DNA of 64,000 nt from an uncultured Dehalococcoidia bacterium. Its GTDB lineage: Bacteria; Chloroflexota; Dehalococcoidia; Lucifugimonadales; UBA3495. Position numbers and translations under genes: made by a program. Below are positions 53,591 through 63,294 of the stretch, in pieces. The number at the start of each line of letters is the position of its first letter. The stretch's first letter is position 1. Below the pieces are notes generated by a model. That model was not told the origin of the DNA, searched no databases, and saw only the letters and a program-made list of their open reading frames with translations. Where the stretch lies: contig CATOSK010000009.1 of the NCBI GenBank assembly GCA_951812535.1, positions 40,436-104,435 on the forward strand, read 5' to 3'.

Positions 53591-53650
53591 GGAACCTGCT
53601 TGCCGGGAACCTAATTGCCGGGAGCCTAATTGTCGGGAGCCTGCTTGAAG
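53591..53650. repeat. Tandem 15-bp repeat x4 spanning the dnaJ stop codon
   Basis: ggaacctgcttgccg ggaacctaattgccg ggagcctaattgtcg ggagcctgcttgaag. Units 3-4 encode the last residues (K)QAPDN and the TAG stop of DnaJ on the minus strand. Confidence 0.9.
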
Positions 53651-54777
53651 CGGTTGAACAGTCCTTTGGACTTGGTGGGTTCTTCCGTTTCGTCCGGCTC
53701 ATCCTCCAATTCGTGCCCCATGGATTTGGCCAGTTCTTCGAGCAGCTTTTTCTGCTTCTTGTTGAGGCTCTTGGGGACGCTCAGGTCCACGTAAACCCGC
53801 AGGTCTCCCCGCCGGTCGCTGTGAATGTGGGGAACACCCAGACCACGCAGACGGAACTCGGCGCCAGGCTGTGTGCCTTGCGGGACTTTCAGCACTTCCG
53901 GCTCGCCATCCAGAGTGGGTATCTCCTTTTCCACGCCCAGAGCAGCCTCCACCATGTCCAGCGGGAGTTCGTATACCAGGTCGTACTCGTTACGGTGGAA
54001 CACCTTGTGATTCCGGACATTGACCTGTACGTAGAGGTTGCCCGGAGGCCCTCCATTCCGGCCCACATCTCCCTCACCGGTCAGGCGGACCTGCATCCCC
54101 CCCTGGACCCCCGCCGGAATGGTCACCGCAGTCTTGCGTTTGCGTCGCTCCATGCCGGCGCTCCGGCAGCGGGAGCAGGGAGTTTCAATCACACGCCCGG
54201 TTCCGCGGCAGGCAGGACAGGCCGTCACCTGGGCGAATTGCCCGAACAGGCTGCGTTGTGTGCGCCGCACCTGGCCCTGGCCGGCGCAGGTGGAGCAGGT
54301 GTTGACCGATGTCCCCGGTTCGTTCCCTTGTCCCGAACACTGACTGCAAAGCTCGACCCGGTTGACTTCCACCTCGCGTTCGGCTCCAAAGACTGCTTCT
54401 TCAAAACTCAAGGTGACTTTCTGCTGGATATCCGACCCCCGCTGGGATTCCTGGGCGCGACGGGCTGAACTGTCCCCGAAGAAGGAGTCGAAAATATCCC
54501 CGAATCCGCCAAATACGTCGAACCCGTCAAATGGCTGATCAAACCCCCCGTTCCCGGAAACCCCAGCGTGTCCGAACCGGTCGTATTGGGCACGCCTCTT
54601 TGAATCGCTGAGGACCTGGTAGGCCTCGTTGATGTCCTTGAATTTTTCCTCCGCGTCCGGGTTTTTGTTCCGGTCCGGATGGTATTCCATGGCCTTCCTG
54701 CGGAAAGCCTTCTTGATTTCTTCCTCGGAGTCCCCTCGCGCGACTCCGAGCACCTCGTAGTAATCGGTTTGTGGCAT
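53626..54777 (-). CDS. dnaJ: Molecular chaperone DnaJ (type I)
   Basis: 383 aa. It has the J-domain DYYEVLGV...YHPDRN, a G/F region and four CxxCxG zinc-finger repeats ([32 protein letters not shown]). Confidence 0.95.
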   Translation of the reverse strand: MPQTDYYEVLGVARGDSEEEIKKAFRRKAMEYHPDRNKNPDAEEKFKDINEAYQVLSDSKRRAQYDRFGHAGVSGNGGFDQPFDGFDVFGGFGDIFDSFFGDSSARRAQESQRGSDIQQKVTLSFEEAVFGAEREVEVNRVELCSQCSGQGNEPGTSVNTCSTCAGQGQVRRTQRSLFGQFAQVTACPACRGTGRVIETPCSRCRSAGMERRKRKTAVTIPAGVQGGMQVRLTGEGDVGRNGGPPGNLYVQVNVRNHKVFHRNEYDLVYELPLDMVEAALGVEKEIPTLDGEPEVLKVPQGTQPGAEFRLRGLGVPHIHSDRRGDLRVYVDLSVPKSLNKKQKKLLEELAKSMGHELEDEPDETEEPTKSKGLFNRFKQAPDN

Positions 54778-55024
54778 TGATACCCGCCGTTTCTTCGCAG
54801 AATTATATGGCCGTATTTAGGGACATTATAGATGACGGCTCCAGCACCGCTCAACACGCATTCCACGGCCCGGCAGGGCAATCGCATGAAGTTTGACTCG
54901 ACCCTGCCGTGGCGGTTAAATGATCCGTTGCAGCTATTTTGTCCCCTCACGCATCGAACCCATGGTGCTGATGAACGTCCGCGCCCCCTTGTCGGTTCGA
55001 TGTTGAATTGGGTAGCCGTAGCGA

Positions 55025-56242
55025 ATGCCTCATCGTCGCCATAAGGTGGTTTCCAGCGTGCGCTTGTTCCTGTCCTTGTCCACTCTTATCTTTCTTCTCG
55101 CCTGTTCCACGCCGGCGCCGCCCCCGAAAATGCCAGCTGCCACGTCGGCCCGGGTGGCGGCTGGACCGGAGAGTCTGCCAGCAGCAACTCCCGTGCCCAT
55201 GCCAAACCCGAGTCCTTCTGCTGCATCGATCCCAACCGCTGCCGCAATACCGGCTCCACCCCCTGCACCCAGGCCTGTCCCCACCATGACGCCGGCCCCG
55301 GAACCCACGGCCACGCCAACTGCCGCACCCACCCCAACCCTCCAGCCTGCGCCTTCTCCCACGCCCCTGCCAAACGTCCCATCAGCGCCGGTTGCCACTC
55401 CCACACCTAAGACCATACCGGCTGCCTGTTCTGAGCTAATTGGGAAAGCCGATTGGTCGAGCCTGGATTTCTGGTCCGATGCCGGTGTACCGGACGTGGA
55501 AGCCGGTTTGACCTGCGGCGCGAGTATCGAGGCCAGGGGCGTTCACGGATGGACCCCGCTGCATCAGGCGATTCATGTCGGCCAAAACCCGGCGGTCCCC
55601 CTGGCATTGTTGGACGCCGGGGCCGATATCGAGGCCAGGGACGATCACCAATCGACCCCGTTGCACGCGGCGCCCTTCAACTACTGGGGCGACATGCCGG
55701 TCCTTCAGGCTTTGTTGGACGCTGGCGCCAACACCGATGCCAGGAACAGTGACGGACGGACTCCGATACACCTTGCCGTACAGTACAACGACAACCTGGC
55801 GCCCGTTCAGGCTTTGCTGGACGCTGGCGCCGACACCGAGGTCAGTGGCGAACTGGGATGGACACCGCTGCACTTGGCGGCCATTTTCGATGGAGATCCG
55901 GCAGTCGCCCAGGCCCTGCTGGACGCCGGCGCGGATTTTGAGGCCCGGGACGTTTTCGGAAGGACTCCGCTGCATCAGGCCATCGAGCACAACGACAACC
56001 CGGCAGTCATGCAGGCCTTGCTGGACGCCGGCGCAGACATCGAGGCCAGGAACAATGACGGATGGACTCCGTTGCACACAGCGGCCTGGCATCACAACAC
56101 TTCGGCACTTCATGCCCTGCTGGAAGCCGGCGCGGACGTCAATGCCAGAAACAATGGTGAGAGCACTCCGTTGAGTTTGGCCAGAGTGATGGGTAACGAG
56201 GCAGCTGTCTGGGCGCTCCGCGAGGCCGGAGGAACCAGCTAG
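55025..56242 (+). CDS. Ankyrin-repeat lipoprotein
   Basis: 405 aa. A signal peptide with lipobox (LIFLLAC-S) is followed by a ~110-aa Pro/Ala/Thr-rich linker and then ~7 ankyrin units (G.TPLH.A......A...LLDAGAD..AR). Confidence 0.8.
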   Translation: MPHRRHKVVSSVRLFLSLSTLIFLLACSTPAPPPKMPAATSARVAAGPESLPAATPVPMPNPSPSAASIPTAAAIPAPPPAPRPVPTMTPAPEPTATPTAAPTPTLQPAPSPTPLPNVPSAPVATPTPKTIPAACSELIGKADWSSLDFWSDAGVPDVEAGLTCGASIEARGVHGWTPLHQAIHVGQNPAVPLALLDAGADIEARDDHQSTPLHAAPFNYWGDMPVLQALLDAGANTDARNSDGRTPIHLAVQYNDNLAPVQALLDAGADTEVSGELGWTPLHLAAIFDGDPAVAQALLDAGADFEARDVFGRTPLHQAIEHNDNPAVMQALLDAGADIEARNNDGWTPLHTAAWHHNTSALHALLEAGADVNARNNGESTPLSLARVMGNEAAVWALREAGGTS

Positions 56243-56301
56243 TTGACTTCGGCATGCTCATTGGGTCTATCCCGGCCTTGCCCCGGCGGCGAAACATTGG
56301 G

Positions 56302-56330
56302 TTGACAGTCAAGACCGGCATTCCTAGAAT
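56302..56330 (+). promoter_or_regulatory. Sigma70-like promoter of rny (TTGACA-N17-TAGAAT)
   Basis: ttgaca at 56302-07, a 17-nt spacer, tagaat at 56325-30. It is ~58 nt upstream of the rny ATG, which is preceded by ggaaaggaagg. Confidence 0.6.
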
Positions 56331-56387
56331 GGTTACTTCGGAGATATAGTCTCCGTTGCGGCTCATACTGACGGAAAGGAAGGGATT

Positions 56388-57923
56388 ATGCTCAGTTTAG
56401 TAATTTTCCTGTCCGTCCTGGCGGCCGCAGGGATAGCGGGATCTGGCGTAGCAGTGTGGCTGATCGTCAGGTCGAGGTTCAACGGCAAGCGGTTAGACGA
56501 CGCAAACAGCCAAGCCACCAATCTGATAACCCAGGCTGAGGAGGAGAAGCGCAAGATTCTCCTGGGGGCACAGGAAGATGTGCTCCAGATGCGCACCTCC
56601 GGCGAAAAGGAGATCAAGGACCAGCGGCAGGAGCTCAACCGCCTGGAACGGCGATACCTTCAGCGGGAAGAGCAGCTGGAACGAAAAAACGATGCCTTGG
56701 ACAAGCAACGGGACACACTCGCTGACAAAGAGCGGGAAGTCCAGAAGGCGTTAGAACAAGTAGACGACGTGAAAACGCGACAGCTCACCGTGCTGGAAGA
56801 AATCTCGGGTCTCAGCGTCGCTGAAGCCAGGGAATTGGTTGTTCTGCGAGGCCAGGAACAGGCCGAGCACGACTTGTCCCGGCGCTATTATGACCTGGAA
56901 AAAGAGTTCAAGGCTAAAGCGGACGACAATGCCCGCAAGATAATCACCCTCGCCATTAACCGTCTTGCCACAGATGTAGTATCCGAAACTACCACCTCAA
57001 CGGTATCCCTGCCTAACGATGAGATGAAAGGACGTCTCATCGGCCGCGAAGGGCGGAATATTCGCGCGTTGGAAGCCCTTACCGGGGTGGACATCGTCAT
57101 CGACGACACTCCCGAAATCGTTACCGTATCGTGCTTCGACCCGGTCCGGCGGGAAATCGCCAAGCTGGCCTTGGAAAAGCTGATAACCGATGGGCGCATC
57201 CAGCCGGCCCGCATCGAGGACATGGTCAACCGTGCCCATACCGAGATCGAACAGACCATCTGGAAGGCTGGTGAGCAGGCAACCTTCGATCTGGCGGTCA
57301 GCGGCTTGGACCCTGAGTTGGTCCGGTACCTGGGACAGCTTAGATACCGGTACAGCTATGGCGAAAACGTGCTCAAGCACTCCATAGAGGTCGGTCTCCT
57401 GGCCGGAATGATGGCGTCGGAACTCGGCGCCAACGTCCAGTTGGCCCGGATCGGCGGCCTCCTTCATGACATCGGAAAGGCACTGACCCACGAAGTGCCC
57501 GGCCCCCATGCCGAGATCGGCGCCGAGTTGTCGGCCCGCTATGGCGTGAACCATGCCACCTGCGCCTGCATCAAGGAGCACCACGACGACGAACACTCGT
57601 CCATCGAGTCCTTCCTCGTCGCCGCCGCCGACGCTATTAGCGCGGCCCGGCCGGGAGCCCGCAAGGAGTCCCTGGACCAGTACGTCCAACGCTTGCGGGA
57701 ACTGGAAGACACCGCCATAGGCTTTGCGGGAGTGGAAAGGGCATTTGCCATTCAGGCGGGTCGCGAGGTCCGGGTCATGGTGAAACCCGGCGATGTAAAC
57801 GACGTCGAATCGGCCACCCTGGCGCGGGACATAGCCAAAAAGGTCGAAACCGACCTGGTATTCCCAGGACAGATCAAAGTCACCGTCATCCGGGAAACCC
57901 GGAGCACCGAGTTCGCCCGGTAA
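56388..57923 (+). CDS. rny: Ribonuclease Y
   Basis: 511 aa. It has an N-terminal TM helix, a coiled coil, a KH domain (GRLIGREGRNIRALE) and an HD domain (HSIEV...LLHDIGKA). Confidence 0.95.
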   Translation: MLSLVIFLSVLAAAGIAGSGVAVWLIVRSRFNGKRLDDANSQATNLITQAEEEKRKILLGAQEDVLQMRTSGEKEIKDQRQELNRLERRYLQREEQLERKNDALDKQRDTLADKEREVQKALEQVDDVKTRQLTVLEEISGLSVAEARELVVLRGQEQAEHDLSRRYYDLEKEFKAKADDNARKIITLAINRLATDVVSETTTSTVSLPNDEMKGRLIGREGRNIRALEALTGVDIVIDDTPEIVTVSCFDPVRREIAKLALEKLITDGRIQPARIEDMVNRAHTEIEQTIWKAGEQATFDLAVSGLDPELVRYLGQLRYRYSYGENVLKHSIEVGLLAGMMASELGANVQLARIGGLLHDIGKALTHEVPGPHAEIGAELSARYGVNHATCACIKEHHDDEHSSIESFLVAAADAISAARPGARKESLDQYVQRLRELEDTAIGFAGVERAFAIQAGREVRVMVKPGDVNDVESATLARDIAKKVETDLVFPGQIKVTVIRETRSTEFAR

Positions 57924-57988
57924 CCCCGGCGATCATCGGCTCCTCACTACCCCGGGAGAAAACGGAAGACCGCCGGTTTGAACCAAAT

Positions 57989-58040
57989 GGAGGGCCCAGG
58001 TCCGGAGACAGCCGGGGTTGGGCCCTCCTGATTTATCTGT
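57989..58040 (+). terminator. Hairpin after rny (possible terminator)
   Basis: A 9-bp stem ggagggccc/gggccctcc (57989-97 / 58020-28) is followed by tgatttatctgt. The U-tract is interrupted. Confidence 0.35.
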
Positions 58041-58057
58041 AACTTGGAAGAATCGCC

Positions 58058-58828
58058 TTGCGAATATTGATGATCGGAGACATCATCGGGCGTCCCGGCC
58101 GGCAGGCCCTCAAAGCCATCCTCCCGGAGTTGCGCCAAGAACTTGCCATCGACTTCGTCATCGCCAACGGAGAAAACACCGCCGGCGGATTCGGTATCAC
58201 GTCCGACACGGCCTACGAGCTTCTCGACAACGGGGTGGACCTGCTCACTTCCGGCAACCACATCTGGGACCAGAAGGAAATCATTCCCTATATGGACGAA
58301 GGTCTCCCCCTGATCCGACCGGCGAATTACCCCAATGCCCCCGGACGGGGTTACTTGATATACGACGGAATCATGGTCCTGAACTTGATGGGGCGGGTGT
58401 TCATGCCTGCCCTGGATTGCCCCTTCCGTACCGCCGACGCCATCCTGGATGAAGTGGCGGAGTCGGAAAACCCCAAGGTGATAATCGTCGACTTCCACGC
58501 CGAAGCTACGTCGGAAAAACAGGGGTTGGGTTGGTACCTGGACGGAAGGGTTAGCGCCGTCCTCGGGACTCATACCCACGTGGGCACAGTTGACGCGAAG
58601 ATACTTCCCAAGGGCACAGCCTACCTCAGCGACGTGGGTATGACCGGGCCTGTTAACTCCGTAATCGGCAGTAACGTGGGGGACGTACTCGAGCGGTTCC
58701 TGACCGGACTGCCCCAACGCCTCAACGTCGCCAGTGGCCCCTCCATACTGAACTCGGCGCTAATGGACATTGACCCGGAAACCGGAAAGGCAACCTCCAT
58801 CCAGAGAATCGACAGGACGGCTGATTAA
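58058..58828 (+). CDS. ymdB: YmdB-like metallophosphoesterase (TIGR00282 family)
   Basis: TTG start. MRILMIGDIIGRPGR, VIANGENTAGGFGIT and DFHAEATSEK are present. It lies downstream of rny, as in Firmicutes. Confidence 0.9.
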   Translation: MRILMIGDIIGRPGRQALKAILPELRQELAIDFVIANGENTAGGFGITSDTAYELLDNGVDLLTSGNHIWDQKEIIPYMDEGLPLIRPANYPNAPGRGYLIYDGIMVLNLMGRVFMPALDCPFRTADAILDEVAESENPKVIIVDFHAEATSEKQGLGWYLDGRVSAVLGTHTHVGTVDAKILPKGTAYLSDVGMTGPVNSVIGSNVGDVLERFLTGLPQRLNVASGPSILNSALMDIDPETGKATSIQRIDRTAD

Positions 58829-58830
58829 GC

Positions 58831-59694
58831 ATGAGCGCTGCTGTAGACCTCCACCTGCACACCACCGCATCCGACGGGCGTCTCCGGCCCACCGAATTGG
58901 TCGATCTCGTCGCCGGCCAGGGTCTCAAAGTAGTTTCGGTTTCCGACCACGACACGACCTCGGGGCTCGATGAAGCCTGCCAGGCGGCCGCGAAGTACCC
59001 GGGTATGCGCATAATACCGGGGATCGAACTCAGTACCGACATCCCGGGCGATGAAATTCACATGCTGGGGTACTTCTTCGACCGTGAAGACGCGGAGTTC
59101 CAGAGCGTCCTCACCCGATTCCGCCGGGGACGCCTGGAGCGCGGCCGGATGATGGTGGAAAAGCTGGCCCAATACGGCCTCCATGTTGAATGGGAACGTG
59201 TCCAGGAGATCGCGGGGGAGGGTGGAGCCGTTGGCCGGCCTCACGTTGCCCTCGCCCTCGTGGAGAAGGGCTATTTCCGTGAGCCCAAGGACGCTTTCGC
59301 GGAATACCTGGGCCGCAACGGCCTAGCCTACGCCGAACGGGAGAAGATGACGCCCGAAGAGGGGGTCCGGCTCCTGGCCCGGGTTGGAGGAGTCGCGGTC
59401 CTGGCCCACCCAGCCCAGCTCCCCGACCTTGACCAGAAATGCGCCGAGCTCAAAGCCGCCGGCCTCGTCGGCATGGAAGTCCACTACCAGATGTACACCC
59501 CTGACACCGTGGCCCGCCTCCTCGACGTGGCCAAACGCCACGGACTGATCCCTTGCGGCGGTAGCGATTACCACGGCCTGGGCAATACCGGGGAACAACT
59601 CCCCGGGCTCCTGGGCCCTCCGATGGAAACGGTGGAACGCTTGGAAGAAGCCGCCAGCAGGGTTGATCGCGATGCCGCCCGGCAGACCGGCTGA
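58831..59694 (+). CDS. PHP-domain phosphoesterase (TrpH/YciV-like)
   Basis: VDLHLHTTASDG, SVSDHDT, GIELS, LAHP and GGSDYHG are the PHP metal-binding motifs. Confidence 0.85.
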   Translation: MSAAVDLHLHTTASDGRLRPTELVDLVAGQGLKVVSVSDHDTTSGLDEACQAAAKYPGMRIIPGIELSTDIPGDEIHMLGYFFDREDAEFQSVLTRFRRGRLERGRMMVEKLAQYGLHVEWERVQEIAGEGGAVGRPHVALALVEKGYFREPKDAFAEYLGRNGLAYAEREKMTPEEGVRLLARVGGVAVLAHPAQLPDLDQKCAELKAAGLVGMEVHYQMYTPDTVARLLDVAKRHGLIPCGGSDYHGLGNTGEQLPGLLGPPMETVERLEEAASRVDRDAARQTG

Positions 59695-59709
59695 CCTTGT
59701 CCCCCTGTC

Positions 59710-60417
59710 ATGCTTGAAATCGCCGGGTTGTACGCTTATTCCTACCTGGCAGGGGCGGTACCCACCGCTTACCTGCTGGCCCGTTTCTCCAGTGGCATTG
59801 ACATCCGGCAGTACGGCAGCGGCAACGTTGGGGGGTCCAACCTGGCTCAGCACGCCGGACGCCATTGGGTCGTCCTTCTCCTCATATTCGACATCTTGAT
59901 CAAGGGAGCGACCCCGGTCCTGGCCGGCGTTTACGTAACCGGTTTGGATTGGGACTCGTTCTGGCTCATGGCCGCGCCCGTCTTGTCGGCAATCGGCCAC
60001 AACTGGTCCCCGTTCATGCGATTCCAGGGCGGCCGCGGAATATCGGTAGTGGCCGGCGCCCTGTTATCCGTGGATTGGCTGGCGTTGGCGTTATGCCTCG
60101 CCGTTGTCGGTGCCGGCAAGAAACTAACGGGTAGTTCAGCTCTGTGGGTCTTGGCTTGCCTGGCCGCGCTCCCCTTTTGGGCGCTGCTGTTCGGAAACCC
60201 GGCTTGGGTCCCCGGCGAAGGACAGGCGTCTTCCAAATTTGCCCTCTTTGCCGCCTTGCTGGCAGTCACCGTCCTGAAGCGTCTCCTGGGAAACGCCCTG
60301 GTCTGGCCGCAGAGTGGGCTCCGTCGTAAAGTCCTGTTCAACCGCCTTCTCCACGATCGGGACGTTGATCAACGGGATGACTGGGTCCATCGCGCGCCCA
60401 TCCTCGGCGAGTCATGA
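59710..60417 (+). CDS. plsY: Glycerol-3-phosphate acyltransferase PlsY, paralog 2
   Basis: YLAGAVPTAYLLARF..GIDIRQYGSGNVGGSN, IGHNWSPFMRFQGGRG. This copy is closer to the canonical PlsY motifs than paralog 1. Confidence 0.85.
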   Translation: MLEIAGLYAYSYLAGAVPTAYLLARFSSGIDIRQYGSGNVGGSNLAQHAGRHWVVLLLIFDILIKGATPVLAGVYVTGLDWDSFWLMAAPVLSAIGHNWSPFMRFQGGRGISVVAGALLSVDWLALALCLAVVGAGKKLTGSSALWVLACLAALPFWALLFGNPAWVPGEGQASSKFALFAALLAVTVLKRLLGNALVWPQSGLRRKVLFNRLLHDRDVDQRDDWVHRAPILGES

Positions 60418-60941
60418 CCGCGCCCATGCGTGAGACACCTTCCAACCCCGATCCGGCGGTCTCTGGCCGGTGTTTCTGGCATCCCGATCTGGAGACCGGG
60501 TTGTCCTGCAGCCGGTGCGGCCGCTCGATTTGCCCCAGTTGCATGGTCCAGGCTCCGGTGGGCATCCGCTGCAAGGAGTGTGGCCGCCCGGTCCGCATGC
60601 CCACCTACGACGTCGGGCCCCTCAACTACGTCCGCGGGCTGGCCGTGTGCATTGCCATCGCCATTTTCGGCGGTGTGGCCTGGCTGTTTCTAAACTCTTT
60701 CCTCGGCGTTTTCCCCTTCGTCAGCGGTCTGGTGGGCCTGGGACTGGGTTACGCCACCTCGGAGCTTCTGGGGCTCGCCATCAACCGCAAGCGGAGCATA
60801 CTCCTAGCCCTTTGCGCCGGAGGTGCGGTTGTCATCGCTTTCCTGATAACCTTCATCTTCGGTCCGCCCGTCTATGGCCTGTGGGAATTGCTCATCGTGT
60901 TCGTCGGGATTGCCCTGGCGGTACAGCGGGTTCGTCCTTAG
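60414..60941 (+). CDS. Zinc-ribbon (B-box-like) membrane protein
   Basis: 175 aa. CFWHPD...CSRCGRSICPSCMV...RCKECG (paired CxxC motifs) is followed by 4 TM helices. The start overlaps the plsY stop (ATGA). Confidence 0.6.
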   Translation: MTAPMRETPSNPDPAVSGRCFWHPDLETGLSCSRCGRSICPSCMVQAPVGIRCKECGRPVRMPTYDVGPLNYVRGLAVCIAIAIFGGVAWLFLNSFLGVFPFVSGLVGLGLGYATSELLGLAINRKRSILLALCAGGAVVIAFLITFIFGPPVYGLWELLIVFVGIALAVQRVRP

Positions 60942-61448
60942 TTCTTCCCAGGCTGCGCCCACCGTTTCGGCCACGAGCCACGAAGCAAACCCCCGACGCC
61001 GCAGGTGGGCCGTCAGCTTCTCCCGGAACTCACTCCAATCTGCGTCTCCACATGCCAGGCGGCGGGCAAAGGATCCGGCGGCTCGCGCCGCATTTGCCTC
61101 TTCGTCAAACTCCGTCAGGGAATCCTCTATGACCTCTGCCGGGACTCCGAAACCCCGCAGTTCTTGCCGGATCAATCCTCCCGCCCTCGGCCTGAACTGT
61201 TCCCGGCTGGCCCGCCACTGCAGGGCAAACGCCAGGTCATCGAGAAGATTTTGATTGCGGAGGGCCTCGATCACTTCTTCCACCACCCCCTGGGAATACT
61301 TGCGGGACAGGCGTCGCCGGACTTCCGCCTCGCTCCTGGCCCGGTAGGCTAGGAAGCGGAGCGCTTGCTCCTTGGCCCTGAAAAAAGCGGTGGAGCCCTT
61401 CAAGGCTCCACCGCCTTCTCCCGTCTGCCGGGGTGCCATTGGCTTCAT
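60804..61448 (-). CDS. recX: Recombination regulator RecX
   Basis: It starts 13 nt after recA. ALRFLAYRARSEAEVRRRL and repeated three-helix units are visible. A ~45-aa acidic tail is encoded antisense to the 3' end of the neighbouring gene. Confidence 0.8.
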   Translation of the reverse strand: MKPMAPRQTGEGGGALKGSTAFFRAKEQALRFLAYRARSEAEVRRRLSRKYSQGVVEEVIEALRNQNLLDDLAFALQWRASREQFRPRAGGLIRQELRGFGVPAEVIEDSLTEFDEEANAARAAGSFARRLACGDADWSEFREKLTAHLRRRGFASWLVAETVGAAWEELRTNPLYRQGNPDEHDEQFPQAIDGRTEDEGYQESDDNRTSGAKG

Positions 61449-61461
61449 TCTTCCGGCGGTA

Positions 61462-62553
61462 TTAGTCCGGGGCCCCTTCGGAAGAATCCCCCGCCGCCAT
61501 CAGCAGCCCCGCTGATTCTTCTGGCGGATGGGCTCCATTGCTGGACGGTTCGTCCGCCTCGGACATTTTCCCACGAATCCTTGCTTCCACTGACTCCGCA
61601 ATTTCCGGGTGTTCATGCAGGAACTGCTTGGAAGCTTCCCGGCCCTGCCCCAGACGGGTTTCACCGTAGGAATAGAACGCCCCCGCTTTGCGGATATGCC
61701 CCTGGGAAACGCCGATATCCAGAATGTCCCCCATCTTGCTGATGCCCCGGTTGAACATGATGTCGAACTCAGCCACCCGGAAAGGCGCGGCAACTTTGTT
61801 CTTGACGATGCGTGCCCGCACCCGGTTGCCCACTATTTCCGAACCCTGCTTCAGCGATTCGGTGCGTCTCAGGTCGATCCGCACCGAGCTGTAGAACTTC
61901 AGGGCCCTGCCCCCCGGGGTCACTTCCGGACTCCCGTAGACCACTCCAATTTTTTCCCGAAGCTGATTGATGAACACCACTGCCGTCCGGGAACGATGAA
62001 TGGTGGAGGTGAGCTTGCGGAGGGCTTGGGACATCAACCTCGCCTGCAACCCGACATGGGTATCCCCCATGTCCCCTTCAATCTCGGCCTGGGGAACGAG
62101 GGCCGCCACGCTATCCACCACTACGGTGTCAATGGCGCCGCTCCGTACTAGCTGCTCGGTGATATCCAGTGCCTGTTCGGCGCTGTCCGGCTGCGAAATC
62201 AGCAGATCGTCCAGGCATAGTCCGCAGTTGGCGGCGTAGTTGGGGTCCAGCGCGTGTTCAGCGTCCACGTAGGCAGCTATGCCCCCCAGCCGCTGGGTCT
62301 CGGCCATGATATGGATTGCCACCGTGGACTTTCCCGCGGATTCGCCTCCGTATATCTCGGTGACGCGGCCCCGGGGAATGCCGCCCGCCCCCAGGGCGAT
62401 ATCCAGGCTTATGGACCCAGTGGGAATGGAATCGGTTACCAACCGCTGGGCAACCTCTCCAAGGCGCATGACGGCGCCCTTGCCGTGGTCTTTTTCAATG
62501 CGGCTCAGGGCCGTCTCCAACGCGTTGAGCTTGTCCTTGTTGTCGGCTGGCAT
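61462..62553 (-). CDS. recA: Recombinase RecA
   Basis: The start is at ATG 62553. FGKGAV-like ([11 protein letters not shown]), [16 protein letters not shown] (Walker A), [12 protein letters not shown] and the L1/L2 loops are present. The C-terminus is extended. Confidence 0.95.
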   Translation of the reverse strand: MPADNKDKLNALETALSRIEKDHGKGAVMRLGEVAQRLVTDSIPTGSISLDIALGAGGIPRGRVTEIYGGESAGKSTVAIHIMAETQRLGGIAAYVDAEHALDPNYAANCGLCLDDLLISQPDSAEQALDITEQLVRSGAIDTVVVDSVAALVPQAEIEGDMGDTHVGLQARLMSQALRKLTSTIHRSRTAVVFINQLREKIGVVYGSPEVTPGGRALKFYSSVRIDLRRTESLKQGSEIVGNRVRARIVKNKVAAPFRVAEFDIMFNRGISKMGDILDIGVSQGHIRKAGAFYSYGETRLGQGREASKQFLHEHPEIAESVEARIRGKMSEADEPSSNGAHPPEESAGLLMAAGDSSEGAPD

Positions 62554-62734
62554 GGTTTCCCTTCCCTCTCCCGTTAGGTTGACAGCACAGTAGCACACTT
62601 GTTCGAGTTCCACAACATGCAACTGTCAGTAAATTCCTGGGTTCGCATCCGGGGCTCGCAGTGGACGTTGCCAGAGGTCCAGGGGAGTCGAGTTTTCTTA
62701 ACTAAACGAAGACGACCGTCTTCACCTAAAACTC

Positions 62735-62965
62735 TCAATTGCCGCCTTTGAACCCGATGCTAACCTTGCCGTTCTCCACGATCACCGGAGTTACCCTCTC
62801 GCCGTTCGTCAACGCCAGCAGGTCGGGAATCTTGTCCGGCTCCTTGGAAACATCAACCTCGGTGTAAGGGGTCCGGTTGCGCCGGTACTCCATCTTCGCC
62901 GCCGCGGAAAAGGCGCAGTCCGGGTGCGTGTAAATGATGGTCTCGGCCTGGCTGGCTTGCGTCAC
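62735..62965 (-). CDS. Glutaredoxin-like (NrdH/thioredoxin-fold) small protein, CxxS type
   Basis: 76 aa. IIYTHPDCAFSAAAK...ERVTPVIVENGKVSIGFKG has the Grx-fold layout with a CAFS active site. Confidence 0.7.
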   Translation of the reverse strand: MTQASQAETIIYTHPDCAFSAAAKMEYRRNRTPYTEVDVSKEPDKIPDLLALTNGERVTPVIVENGKVSIGFKGGN

Positions 62966-63109
62966 GATAAGCCCCTCGAACGATAAATATGGCCCGTAAG
63001 CTGAACGAATGCGTCCATTCTAAAGCCGCGCCCCCGGGGATTCAACGAGGCGGCGGCACACGGAGCGGTTCCGGGTGTGGAGAACGGGGGTTACGGTTGA
63101 GTTGAATAA

Positions 63110-63183
63110 TGGCTGCCCGGCCTGGGCTTGAACCAGGGCTTACAGCTCCAAAGGCTGACGTGCTACCACTACACCACCGGGCA
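63110..63183 (-). tRNA. tRNA-Gln (anticodon UUG)
   Basis: 74 nt, folded by hand. Acceptor TGCCCGG/CCGGGCA (U1-A72 as in bacterial tRNA-Gln), D-arm GTGT-AGTGGTA-GCAC, anticodon arm TCAGC-CTTTGGA-GCTGT, T-arm CCTGG-TTCAAGC-CCAGG, discriminator G, and an encoded CCA. Confidence 0.9.
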
Positions 63184-63294
63184 ATGTGGGAACGCTGCCG
63201 GGAAGCCCCGTTTTCCATCAAGGACTCAATCGGACTCCCGCGCGGCTGCCGCAATTAATTGTGAATGGCCCCGTTGGTGGAGTCAAGGGGCCGC

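Noticed and set aside
54778-55024. A CIRCE (HrcA) element upstream of dnaJ.
   Set aside because: No TTAGCACTC-N9-GAGTGCTAA-like inverted repeat is visible. The dnaJ gene here is uncoupled from hrcA-grpE-dnaK.
62554-62734. An SOS (LexA) box upstream of recA.
   Set aside because: On the recA strand only the direct GAAC repeat GAACTCGAAC is present. There is no GAAC-N4-GTTC palindrome. I cannot claim an operator without knowing this lineage's LexA motif.
63042-63254. A 70-aa ORF on the minus strand.
   Set aside because: It is fully occupied by a well-folding tRNA-Gln(UUG) gene at 63110-63183.
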